Shown: positions 20,880 to 33,550, counted from the stretch's first letter. The stretch is 64,000 bases of DNA from Octopus sinensis (GCF_006345805.1 NC_042998.1:198338001-198402000); one strand, 5' to 3'. Numbers and translations are program-made. Notes: generated by a model from the letters alone, not told the origin.

Positions 20880-23045
20880 CTGGAATAAAAGATAATAAAG
20901 TTTAAGAAAAAGAATCCGTTAATCAAAACTGCAAATTTTAATTTATTTTCTTTTATTTAAGCAATCTCAAAAATGGAGATTAGAATGCACTCAATACACT
21001 GTGTGAAGTAGCTGATATTAGGAAGGGCATCATCATCATTTAACATCTGTTTTCCATGCTAGCATGGGTTGGACGGTTCGACCGGGGTCTGGAAGCCATG
21101 GAAGCTGCACCAGGCTCCAATCTGATCTGGCAGTATTTCTACAGCTGGATGCCCTTCCTAACGCCAACCACTCCATGAGTGTAGTGGGTGTTTTTTATGT
21201 GCCACCAGCACAGGGGCCAGAGGAGGCTGGCAAATGGCCACAATTGGTTGGTGCTTTTACGAGTCACCGACACGGACATCAGTCAGGCGGCGCTGGCATC
21301 TGCCCCGTTCGGCCGGTGCTTTTTACGTGTCACTGGGTCAGTAACTCTAAAGAACTTACTTCCTGATTTCACTTCACCGATTTGCTTTTTGCATGACACC
21401 TAACAATTTTACTTTTTTCACCTGAGTATTTTTTTCTCTTCACTTTTGCTTTATATCCACCTAGAATGGTCCAAGACTTTCAATGTAGTCATTTAACTTA
21501 CTAGAAATAACAGTCAAATCTTCCTCGCCATACTTTTATCTTTTCTAAAACAGTTATAAGATAAATCCTATAAATATTCAACCTTTTCAGCCCACAAGTA
21601 CACTCTAGGGAGCACAATTTCGTTTAGTTATACCCACTAGAAGGTGCCATGGTAGTAGTAGGATTAATAGAAGAAGTTTCGTGGGAATATTGAATTCACA
21701 AGCGGTCCCCGACATCCCGCATGTATATCCCGAGTGATGGGACACTCTGTTTGCTGCGGAGTCTCCACAAACGCAGGGACAAAACGACCTCAAAGCTGCC
21801 GGTTGCCGATCAGACTCCTCTTGGAATTTTCACCAGAACCCTGTTGGCCAGGCTGCGACCCTAATACAAAAGATCTGTTTACTCAATCTCAAAGCTTTCA
21901 AAGATCATTGTTCCTGTTTTATTCTCACAATATGGTCTTCTCCATTATTTTGGTGCAAGTATTCCACAGCTCTGTCAGAACAGAATTGATACTAGTCAGA
22001 CTACAATTTCTTTTAATTTCTAACTTATGATTGATTAATTCCTGAACACCTTATACAAATCAGATGAAAAATTTACCAGTATTCTAAGAGCATCATCATC
22101 ATTTAACGTCCGTTTTCCATGCTATCGAACCAGATGGCTGCACCAGGCTTCAATCTTGATCTGGCAGAGTTTCTACAGCTGGATGCACTTCCTAACGCCA
22201 ACCACTCTGAGAGTGTAGTGGGTGCTTCTACATGCCACCAGCAATATTTCAAAAACGCCACTCATTCAAATATGCCTCATAGTCCCAGAATTCTTTGTTG
22301 GACTCCAGTAGCAAAATTCCCCTACAGTTCTTGAGTATTGCCCTTCATTGAAATCCACACTGGTTTGTGTAGTGCACATCATCACTGTTTTAACATCCAC
22401 TCTTCCATGCTTGCATGGGTTGGACAGTTTTATTGAGGCAGATTTTCTATGGCCAGATGCCCTTCCTGACACCAACCCATACCTGCTTCCAAGCAAGACA
22501 ATATTTCTTGCTGCTTTTTAATGATTCTTCATGTTACTTCGGTTTTATTATAAAACCAGGACAAATTTGTGAATTGGAATAAGATGTTATGTTGTTTATG
22601 TGAATTCAGAGAGTTAGTGAATAATTCTTGTTTTGATTTTGGGAAGGAATGGGAGGGAAAGGCCTACATCTTTACTAAATATTGATACCCAAGTCAATTT
22701 TTGTATTTTGACCTGGATTATTTCTTTTTCACTTTTGCCAGCACCGCCTTGACTGGCTTCCATGCCGGTGGCACGTAAAAGGTACCCACTACACTCACGG
22801 AGTGGTTGGCATTAGGAAGGGCATCCAGCTGTAGAAACACTGCCAGATCAGACTGGAGCCTGGTGCAGCCTCCTGGCTTCCCAGACCCCGTTCGAACCGT
22901 CCAACCCATGCTAGCATGGAAAACGGACATTAAACGATGATGATGATGATGAATCCCTCCGATATATGTTCCTAAAACCACAAATCGCCTGAAATTGTTT
23001 TTGACTTTGTTTCCTAAGAAACAAATTAAGTGAATTCCATATTAT

Positions 23046-23420
23046 GGCGGACGTTTTTTATTATTATTATTATTATTATTACAGAATCGCCCATTTTCGA
23101 GTGGGGAGATCCTGATTCTGCAAAAAAAAAAAAAAAAAAAAAACATTTTAATTTCCCCCCCCACAATTCTTTCATTTTCACTTTTTTCAGAATTGAAGAA
23201 TTGGGGGTGAAATTAAAATTTTTTAAATGCGGTTTTTTTGGGTTTTTTTTTTTTTTCACAGAATCAGAATCTCCGTACTCGAAAATGGACGATTCTGTAA
23301 AAAAAATTTTTTAATAAAAAACGAAAGGGTCCGCATTCTTATCGTGGCAATCACGGAAACAACCGAATGTTTGTTTTGGTTTTGTCGAGTTAAAACGAAG
23401 GACTGCCTTTTACGTCCGCC
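23046..23420. mobile_element. Foldback/MITE-like element in the PLD6 intron
   Basis: Nested inverted repeats, e.g. ACAGAATCGCCCATTTTCGAGTGGGGAGATCCTGATTCTG mirrored near 23258-23298, and terminal GGCGGACGT/ACGTCCGCC; no TSD resolved. Confidence 0.6.
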
Positions 23421-23923
23421 CCAATATTATTTCATTCATACACTGGGAATCCTGCTGCCTTCACAAGAGCCAAAGGTTTATAGTATTTCAAGTGATTTAC
23501 TAAATGTTACGTGCAAAATAAAAATTTAAAAATTTAAATCCAACGTGGAGCATGCGATGCTCTGTTCACATCTAACCTGTACGACTGACTACACGTGGGG
23601 GAAATTAAGCTAAGGAAATGTAAACACACTCTCTGATTTATTCTAGAAATAAATACATATATATTACAAGAAAAGATATTAAATAAGACACATACAATCT
23701 GTTTCATTCTCTAGTTTCATTTAAAAAATTCATAGCATTTTATTTTCACTTTTTATAGAACATAAAAGACTTAATACCCACGCCGTTCTTCTAAACTACT
23801 CACCACAATAAAACTATACTATTTAGCAAATTATCGTGATGTTCTCATTTAAGCAGCAGCTTAGATGTGTTAATGCTATTTTATTCCTTAAGTTTATATA
23901 TCATTGTCATCACCAATATCACT

Positions 23924-24378
23924 GGTACTACTTGAGAACAGTGGTCCCGGTGCGCGCACTCGCGTAGTCGCGCTAAGCTAGTCGTGACTAGTCGATCCTA
24001 CAAGGGCTACCTAGCAAAGTAAATAGAACACAAAATAAATAATTTTTACACAAAGTAAATAATTTTGGGGCGTAACTTTGGTATACGTACCGGATACATT
24101 TCAAGAAAGCGGTTATTTTATATATATAGGGGGTTAGGGTTAGGGCTAGGGTTTGTGTTAGGGGTGGGAGAAAAGGGTTTCTGTTATCTTCAGAAATGTA
24201 AACAAAGCCACTTACGGTACGTATACCGAAGGATCACCAATTTTAGTTAAACAAAGTAACTAATTTTTTAAACAAAGTAAATAACACACAAAAACACAAA
24301 GTAAGGATCGACTAGTCACGACTAGCTAGCGCGGACGTGCGAGTGCGCGCACCGGGACCACTGTTCTCAAGTAGTACC
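23924..24378. mobile_element. MITE with about 75-bp GC-rich TIRs and an internal TTAGGG-containing core
   Basis: TIRs 23924-23999 and 24304-24378 begin GGTACTACTTGAGAACAGTGG; inner IR GGTATACGTACCG/CGGTACGTATACC; no TSD seen. Confidence 0.7.
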
Positions 24379-24386
24379 TTTAGTCT

Positions 24387-24600
24387 GAGCTGGCAGAAAC
24401 GTTAGCACGCCGGGTGAAATGCGAAGCCGTATTTCGTCTGCCGTTACGTTCCGAGTTCAAATTCCGCCGAGGTCGACTTTGCCTTTCATCCTTTCGGGGT
24501 CGATAAATTTAAGTACCAGTTACGCAATGGGGTCGATGTAATCGACTTAATCCGTTTGTCTGTCCCCTCTGTTTAGCCCCTCGTGGGTAGTAAAGAAATA
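24387..24600 (+). mobile_element. Nin/Deu-domain-type SINE, monomer
   Basis: Same family as 8300-8881; other monomers at about 26376-26593 (-) and 42701-42918 (-); degenerate copies near 20230-20440, 29645-29830 and 30420-30570. Confidence 0.8.
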
Positions 24601-24764
24601 TATATATATATCATTGTTTAGTCTATACATCATTGCTATATATCATTCCTTTAGTCTATACATCATTGCTTAATCTATATAGTCTGTATATCATTGCTAT
24701 ATATCATTCTTTTAGCCTATATATACATCATCATCATTGCCATCACCAATATTCATTCGCTTAC

Positions 24765-25179
24765 CTTGACTACGAAGTTTCCAAATCCACGAGTTGTTCA
24801 CATCTTCATACTCTCCATCAGTGATGAGCCTAATTGCGACTCCCATCGCGTTGAGTTTGATGAGGATGTCGATGAGATCGTGGCAGGAGATGATGTAGAC
24901 ACAGATATCGATCGACTTCCGAGCTGAACACAACAACTGGAAGAGAAAACTCAGACTCGTTGGTGAATGCGAATAATGACAGGGGAAGCTTGTACACCCG
25001 GACTCGTCGGAAAAATGGGATTTGCAAGCAATTTGCTTATCGGGGAAAAATAGAACTTTGCTGCCAGGCGATCTCTTCCTTGATTTCCGCTTGTTTCTCA
25101 CCTGCTTTATTAAATACAGGTAAAATATCGTCCCTGTTAGAACTCCCAAATAGAAAGACGTTGTCACGAACGTTGTCAT
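24765..25179 (-). CDS. PLD6: PLD6/Zucchini (mitoPLD) exon 1
   Basis: ATG at 25179; N-terminal hydrophobic anchor followed by a basic patch; KVLFFPD; C-C-C-H zinc-wing-like CKSH..GC..PCHYSH; ARKSIDICVY..VAIRLITD; donor AAG|GTAAGC. Exons 415+278 = 693 nt = 230 aa plus stop. Confidence 0.95.
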
Positions 25180-25210
25180 GTTTTGGTGGTGTTTTTGTTG
25201 ATGTCTCTTT

Positions 25211-25240
25211 CACCGGAAGCAGAGATAATTACTTCCGGTG
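25211..25240. promoter_or_regulatory. Inverted pair of ETS-like (CCGGAAG) motifs just upstream of the PLD6 ATG
   Basis: CACCGGAAG (25211-25219) and CTTCCGGTG (25232-25240), 12 nt apart, 32-61 nt upstream of the start codon. Confidence 0.45.
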
Positions 25241-25544
25241 TAAATACTAATTAAGTAGAATATATTTTTTTTTAAATCATTAGAATTTTGTAAATTACTT
25301 TTATATAGAATTTTTAATTAATTTTGTTTATCGTTTTAAATGGCTACAGACAAATTTCACGGATCACTACGAATTACAGCTTTTTTTTTTTTCGCTACTG
25401 TAAAGCCAGATCTCTCCTAATTTAACTTTCGTTATTGAAAATTTTCCCGCGTGAATAAAAATATGCTGCTCCCTTACTAATTTTTAAATAATTAGCGTTA
25501 ATTATAATTTCAACGGCGATCATTCGGTACTAGTAACATAACTG

Positions 25545-25781
25545 TCACTTATAAACCCACGTGGGTTATAAAAATTTAATGCGTAGCATTGGTTTAAATG
25601 GCATTCTTTCGATATGAGTCCCGTTTACCTCACGTGTATTTGTTTACATTTGAAGAAAATCGTCACTTTCCGTAAAATTTTTATTTTTTTATATATGTGG
25701 GGTTAGGATTAGGGTCAGGGGTGGGAGGAAAGGGTATCTTTTTTATTCAGAAATGTAAATAAACCCACGTGGGTTTATAAG
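25545..25781. mobile_element. Small MITE-like element with a 19-bp TIR
   Basis: ACTTATAAACCCACGTGGG is inverted at both ends; internal degenerate TTAGGG core. Confidence 0.55.
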
Positions 25782-26344
25782 TCCCCGTTTTTATTTACAG
25801 ATAACATTAAATTGCCATGAATTTTTAGATACTACTCCACAATATGGGTTAAAATATGGGCGTGTAATGTAGTAGAAATTAGTGTGCTTTTAATCTAATT
25901 TTTAGAATCAAATATTACTTATTTAGATTTGTATTTAACACAAATTTTCAAAAGCATACTTTTCAAACTTCTTAACCCAACCCCACTTCATCGAACCTTC
26001 TGGTAATTTTCAGTATTAATGTTTGTCAGAGACATGGTAGTGCCATCCTTAACAAAAATCACACACACATATGTATATAAGATGATAATTAAGGGTACCG
26101 AAGAGGTGCCACCATGCCTCTTACTCTAGAACCATGTGATGTGGTTCCAGAGTCAGTTTTGACTGTTATTTCTGGCATGGTGGGGCATCTCCAGTACTTT
26201 TAATTGTACAGTAACACCCCCACCATCCCGCCCTGTCCCTAGCCACATTCAGATGGCTGATCCCGCTTATATTATATTTATATTGTTATATACCTATATG
26301 GTTTTCCGTGCTGGTCACTTGATATGGTCGTTATTCTAAATTTT

Positions 26345-26378
<34 letters not shown>

Positions 26379-26592
26379 TTCTTTATTGCCCACAAGGGGC
26401 TAAACACAGAGGGGACAAACGGATTAAGTCGATTACATCGCCCCCAGTGCGTAACTGGTACTTTATTTATCGACCCCGAAAGGATGAAAAGCAAAGTCGA
26501 CCTCGGCGGAATTTGAACTCAGAACGTAGCGGCAGACGAAATACTGCTAAGCATTTCGCCTGGTGTGCTAACGTTTCTGCCAGCTCGCCGCC

Positions 26593-26913
26593 TTCATAGA
26601 AAAATACATTTAAACACATAAGAGATGACCATGATAGGACATCTGACTCACTAGAAAGAGCAGTTAAACTCCTTGGTTTTCTGATGAAGATGGCAACGCC
26701 AGTTGTAAATTAAAATTATTCTATTTTATTTGCAAAAGATTGCCTAAACTATGCACAGTCCAGGAAAGATAGGGTAAATGTTTTTATTTTTCCTTCCCTT
26801 TCAGAATTACAACTATTAGTGGTTTGGAGTTTTAACTGCTCTTTCTAGTGAGTCATATGTCCTATGATGGATACCTCTTATGTGTTTAAATGTACACCGT
26901 ATTTTTCTATGAA
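26593..26913. mobile_element. MITE with about 80-bp TIRs
   Basis: TTCATAGAAAAATAC..GACTCACTAGAAAGAGCAGTTAAACTCC is mirrored at 26826-26913. Confidence 0.7.
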
Positions 26914-27586
26914 TAATATATAGTCTATTGACTAATTTTTTCCTTCTCCATGGACTACTGGTAGCAAAGAATTTTTCTATAATTTTTTTTGCTACCCTAA
27001 GATTTTCTAGTTCCGATAGTGATTCTGCTATGAGGGCCAGGTCATCAACATAGAGGAGCTCCCAGGGGCAACCCGTCTTGAATTCCTCTGTTATTGCCTG
27101 GAGGACTTACTGAGAACCCGTAGTTATTTCCCTTGGAGTATGCAGGTGCCGGAATTATTTCCTTTCTTTCATAAAAGAAATTGTAGGAAAGAACGGAGGA
27201 TAATTGCATACATAATCAGTCAGAATATAATATTTTAGTTAAGACGGATATTAAAATACTTTTTTAAAGGTAGACTCAAAAGTTTCGCAACCAAAGACAA
27301 CAGAAAGATGAACCACTTCCAGCAGACGGGAGATAACTCTGTATTACCATCAAAAGCACTGCAAAGGTGTCATTTCATGAAAATATTCGTTTTTCTGTTG
27401 ATTAAATGACTAATTTCTCATGTTCGGAATATAGTTTCACGAGTTATAACATTTTGGTGGGTACATTAAAGAATTGAATTTGAATTAAGAACTCAAAGAA
27501 ACATAGCTACATATCTAATGCCATTTAAATTCGCCGTTACACGTTTCTCCCACTCTGAACATATCGTTTCTACCTCCCATTCATCA

Positions 27587-27858
27587 TAGCTTCCGTGTGC
27601 GGCAGATGCACAGGGGCAATAGACACCACAGATACTCAGAAAACAGATTCCATCACACTCCAGAGGGAGAAACTAGAAATAGCTGATAGTTTCTGGTACC
27701 TATGTGACCAAGTTAGTAGTGGGGGGTGGATGCTCAGAGAGTGTCACCACTAGAATACCAATATTTACGAAGTTTAGAAAGCTTCTATCCCTACTGGTGA
27801 CAAAGGGTCTCTCGCTCAGAGTGAAAGGTAGATTGTACGACGCATGTGTGAGAACTGC
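27587..27858 (+). mobile_element. RTE LINE internal fragment (same family as 35640-38850)
   Basis: Matches the reverse complement of about 36145-36420; another fragment (LLYVDDLAL) lies at about 27005-27110 on the minus strand. Confidence 0.8.
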
Positions 27859-28040
27859 GTTGATGTCAACAATAACGCCCAGGTCACGTTCACAAGAAGA
27901 CTTTTTGAGATTAGTGTTGTGGAGGAAGTAAGTAGACGCTGGGTTTTTCTTTCCAAAATGCATGGTAGTACATTTGTCCACAGCCAGCTTGAGTTGCCAG
28001 TCCATGATCCACTGCTGCAATTGTGTCCAGATAGCTGCCA
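27859..28040 (-). mobile_element. CR1-like RT C-terminal fragment
   Basis: WQLKLAVDKCTTMHFG..LKKSSCERDLGVIVD. Confidence 0.75.
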
Positions 28041-28043
28041 AAT

Positions 28044-28431
28044 TTTACTCTTTTACTTGTTTCAGTCATTTGACTGCGGCCATGCTGGAGCACCGCCTTT
28101 AGTCGAGCAAATCGACCCCGGGACTTATTCTTTGTAAGCCCAGTACTTATTCTATCGGTGTCTTTTGTCGAACCGCTAAGTGACGGGGGCGTAAACACAC
28201 CAGCATCGGTTGTCAAGCACACAGGGGGACAAACACACACACACACACACATATATATACATATATACGACAGGCTTCTTTCAGTTTCCGTCTACCAAAT
28301 CCACTCACAAGGCATTGGTCGGCCCAGGGCTATAGCAGAAGACACTTGCCCAAGATGCCACACAGTGGGACTGAACCCGGAACCATGTGGTTGGTTAGCA
28401 AGCTACTTACCACACAGACACTCCTGCGCCT
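28044..28431 (-). mobile_element. tRNA-derived SINE family A
   Basis: Reverse complement of 9125-9520; further copies at 57883-58257 (-) and 60395-60759 (+), partial at 19372-19505 (-). Confidence 0.8.
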
Positions 28432-29179
28432 CGTATCACTCTTCATGAACATGTTTTGTTATGTGGGTAAAACGTTAACTTTACATCTACATGGTTTTAG
28501 GTTCAATACCACTGTATAATACCTTAGGCCGTGTCTTCTTCTGTGGCCTTAGTTTAGTCTTGTGAACAAAATTTGGAAGCCTATCAGAGGGATTTTTGTT
28601 GTTGTTTTTTGGTAATGGAATTTGTAATTTGGTTTTAGAGTATCTGGCAACATGGATCTCATAAGTGGTGGGGAGCGGAAAGGGGCACTCTGTGACCTTT
28701 GAACCAGGCCTCTAGTGAGGGTAGCTTCTTCCAACAAGTCTCAGAGGTCCCAATTCCTACATATCTCTAAAAAGACAGGCTTTTGGTTTTCTCTTCAGAG
28801 TCAAGAAATATTCAGACATTGAGCAGTTGACCATCTACAATATTTATTCCATTCCAAATGGAAAAGTGTTTCCTGTCAGCAGATGGTAGGGAGTTGTCAG
28901 TTATTACACCTCCTGTAATAACAGACAACTTAGACTAGATTTGATAGTAAAGCATTTATACAGCTACCATTAACAACCTTCTGAATCTGGTCACTTTTAA
29001 TCGTTGTCTTCATTCTATATATATATTTCATATAATAACAGATTTTGCTCTTCAAAAGTTGGTTGGTATGCCATGGTATTCAACTTCAACTACCATTTAA
29101 TAGTTCTTCAATGTAGAAACTTTTTTTACAGTATCTACAACAGAAAATCTAAATTTGACCTTTGTCTGTTCTCCTCTTG

Positions 29180-29223
<44 letters not shown>

Positions 29224-31488
29224 CATTTGTGCTGGTGGCATGTGAAATATTCGAGCAAGGTTGTCGGCCAGTGCCGCTGGACTGGCTCCTGTGCAGGTGG
29301 CACATAAAAAGCACCATTTGGGCATGGCTGTTGCCAGTGAACAACAATATCAAACAGAAATATTCTATAACATAACAAACGCCAGTAGAATCACGTATCA
29401 CAACACATGCAGCAGCAAATTTCATATATCTGCATAAACATCTAGAAACATTTAACTTTAGGTTCAAACCGTGTTGGTGTAGCAGACAAATTTGTCACAC
29501 AGACTCCTCCACAAAGTCTGGATGATGGTGATGACAATGGTAGTATGGAACTTAAAAAGTGTTTCTTACCATTTAATGAGAATTAGTAACTTGATTATGC
29601 TTGACAATTTAAAACACTGATTATTCAGTTAACACAAAAATGGTAAGCTGGCAGAATTGTTAGCACACCAGACAAAATGATTTGTGGAAATTTGTCTGTC
29701 TTTCAAATTCCACTGAAGTATTCTTTGCTTTTCATCTCCTTTCGGGGTCAATGAAATAAGTACCAGCTGGACACTGGGATTGATGTTATTGACGATCCCC
29801 TCACCACAAATTTCAAGTATTGTGCTGAATCATCACCATCACATCATCGTTTAATGTCTGTTTTCCGTGCTAGCAGGGATTGGACGATTTCACTGAGGAC
29901 TGGCGTATCAATTTAGAACAAAAATATCCCTGGAAATCTCCATAAAAACTTAACTCATCTCATTATATTTCTATGTTTAGTGGTATCTTCTGGACAACTA
30001 TCAAGGTAAGAAATTTGAGGTCAAACTGGATAACCTGTTGAAAACTCAGGGCTAAAGAGATCAAATAACACAACCAAACCAGATAATAATAGGCAATACT
30101 TAGTTTTTAACACTGCCATCTGCGCTGTTTTTAATGAAATTCATTCTGTTGCAAGCATTCCAACTCTGATTTGAAAACGTTTAGACTGCAAAGATCATGT
30201 TCCTCACCTTCCTCATCTTACTGACTCCTCCTCCTCCTTCTATTGTTCTCATTTCCTTCACTAACACCATTCCCTCTACAAGAATCAATTTTTCAGTTCT
30301 TCCTTATCTTTCTCATCTCAGCAAATATATTTTGATGTTGTAGTTGTAAACCTCACATGAACCCTGATCCAATAGATCTATAATCCAAGACATTCCAGCT
30401 GTGACCATCCTCTTTTGCGCATCTGAGTTCAAATTCCACCGAGGTCGACTTTGCCTTTCATCCTTTCAGAGTCGATAAATAAAGTTCCAGTTTCGCACTG
30501 GGGTTGATGTAATTGACTTAATCCGTTTGTCTGTCCCCTCTATGTTTAGTCTCTTGTAGGCAGTAAAGAAATATATTATTGGTCATTGTTTAACCACAAA
30601 TCAAAGCTAAAACAGCAGATCTATGATCTAAAGAATTCCAGATGTGACCATCCTGTCTTATATCTAGACATACAGTATTACAGGCTACATTATCCAATGT
30701 GTCCTTCCTTTCTTAAGTGTTAGTGTGATCTGAGCAAAATTTGGCTGCTACTTTCTACAAATTTTTCAGTGCTCATATAGGGTGCCACATCTTTTGCTGG
30801 TAGAATATTTCTGTCTGATATTGTTGTTCACTTACAACATCATCCAAACGATTCTCCCTATAGGAAGGGAATCCAACCATGACAACCAGGCCAAATCAAA
30901 CGGGAACCTAGTGCAGCTTCCCAGCTCTGGTCAAATGATCCAACACATGCCAGCAAGGAAAACGGACGTTAAAGGATGATGATCATGATCATGATGAGCC
31001 CAGTAAAATCCTCAAGCTTACCAACATCACAACAGTTAAAATGACCCCTTACATTGTTACATTCTTTATTCTGGAAACTTCTACCACAACATTGGTGCCA
31101 AACTGTATCAGCCCTTGCCCGTGGGAAACATAGGGGGGGCTTGAGGAAGAAACCTATTGTATGAGCAGCTGCTTATTTTCAACACAACCTTCCTAGGATT
31201 AAAACAGTATATAAATACATACATACATATATATATTTTATATGCATACACACATACTTATACATACATATATATATAAAATATGAATTAGAAATAAAAC
31301 CACTAATAGGCAACTCAAACAGTGATAGACATAAACCAACACATAAATAACAAATAATATAAATATAATTAATATAACATATATATATATCATATATTAA
31401 TTATATTTTATATTATTTGTTATTTATGTATTGGTTTATGTCTATCAGTGTTGGAGTTGCTTAATAGTGGTTTTATCTCTAATTCATA

Positions 31489-31867
31489 TCTTTATATATA
31501 AAAGTCAAGTTGTGCTGTCTGTCTCCTACGATTTAGATTCCTAACTACTCCCACATTTTGCGGTGCAGTTTAACCAAAACCGGGTATCTTATAGTCGTGA
31601 TTCATATCGAGCCCTTCTGGGTATTAGCGCGCGTCTACGATTTAAAAAAAAATTTACCATCATTTTTTTTCCATTTTAATGCATTTTTCGCTATTATATA
31701 AGGGAAGTAACTCTCTAAAAATGTCTACGATGAGTCAACGATTTTTAAAAAAAATTACCATAATTTTTTTTTCCATTTTTAATGCATTTTTTGGCCTATA
31801 ACTCTCTAAAAATGCTTATATAGTTATTTCCCTTACAAACCCGAGCAACGCCGGGCGATACTGCTAG
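31489..31867 (+). mobile_element. Non-autonomous Helitron
   Basis: A|TC...hairpin CCCGAGCAACGCCGGG...CTAG|T; duplicate at 33172-33550. Confidence 0.85.
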
Positions 31868-32338
31868 TATATATATATATATATATATACATACACACAC
31901 ATATAAGTACATATAAATCACAACAGTTAAAATTACCCCTAGTCCCACCAACACCTCAACTGTGTCATACACAACAAAAAAGAGACAAAGAGCAGCCGAA
32001 CGCCAAGATCACATGTTCATATGATGATGCAAGAATCCAATTTATTTTTCAATGAAAGTCTAAAGAGTCGTGACATATGTTCCTTGCTTGTCAACAGATG
32101 AAACATGTCCAACGTACAGATCAAGCAACCATTTCAGCATAACAGAGAAGAGGAGAAGGAAGAGGAAGAGGAGGTGCAAAGGAGGGGAGGGGAGATGAAG
32201 AAAACAATGGTAACAGGAGGAAGGGAGGGAGGCAGAGATGGCAAAGTTTCAAAACTTTCCTTCAAATGACTGCTTGGCTCTGGTGACAATCTTATCTTGA
32301 TGCAAAATAAGCTCATCTGATATTCAACATCCATATAC

Positions 32339-32371
<33 letters not shown>

Positions 32372-32788
32372 AGTGTGTATATGCACATATGTATATGAGT
32401 ATATGTATACATGAGTGTGTGCATGTGTGTGTGTGTATATATATATATATATCACTGTGACCGACCGGACTATCAGATGTTGCTACACATCGCTGGTCAC
32501 AATGCGCTTCACACTGTTTTAGCCTTCAAATGACGCCACCCCGCTGGCTAAGCGATAAGGCCAACAGAAGAAAGAGCGAGAGAGAAAGTTGTGGCGAAAG
32601 AGTACAGTAGGGATCGCCACCATCCCCTGCCGGAGCCTCGTGGAGCTTTAGGTGTTTACGCTCAATAAACACTCACAACGCCCGGTCTGGGAATCGAAAC
32701 CGGGATTCTACAACCGCGAGTCCGCTGCCCTAACCACTGGGCCATTGCACCTCCATTATATATATATATATTATATATATATACATAA

Positions 32789-32837
<49 letters not shown>

Positions 32838-32921
32838 ATATATATACATATATATACATACATATATATATACATAATATATATATATACATACATATAT
32901 ATATACATATATATACATACA

Positions 32922-32961
<40 letters not shown>

Positions 32962-33171
32962 AAATATGAATTAGAGATAAAACCACTAATAGGCAACTCC
33001 AACACTGATAGACATAAACCAACACATAAATAACAAATAATATAAATATAATTAATATAACATATATATATATCATATATTAATTATATTTTATATTATT
33101 TGTTATTTATGTATTGGTTTATGTCTATCAGTGTTGGAGTTGCTTAATAGTGGTTTTATCTCTAATTCATA

Positions 33172-33550
33172 TCTTTATATATAAAAGTCAAGTTGTGCTG
33201 TCTGTCTCCTACGATTTAGATTCCTAACTACTCCCACATTTTGCGGTGCAGTTTAACCAAAACCGGGTATCTTATAGTCGTGATTCATATCGAGCCCTTC
33301 TGGGTATTAGCGCGCGTCTACGATTTAAAAAAAAATTTACCATCATTTTTTTTCCATTTTAATGCATTTTTCGCTATTATATAAGGGAAGTAACTCTCTA
33401 AAAATGTCTACGATGAGTCAACGATTTTAAAAAAAAATTACCATAATTTTTTTTTCCATTTTTAATGCATTTTTTGGCCTATAACTCTCTAAAAATGCTT
33501 ATATAGTTATTTCCCTTACAAACCCAAGCAACGCCGGGCGATACTGCTAG
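33172..33550 (+). mobile_element. Non-autonomous Helitron (duplicated copy)
   Basis: As 31489-31867, with one hairpin substitution (CCCAAGC). Confidence 0.85.

Noticed and set aside
21690-21860. GC-richer island in the PLD6 intron
   Set aside because: No motif, repeat partner or convincing ORF was found by eye; probably an old TE fragment.
32652-33076. Tyr/Ile-rich ORFs here and at 18111-18532, 34349-34588 and 7893-8324
   Set aside because: They are translations of (TA)n, (CA)n and (GA)n microsatellites.
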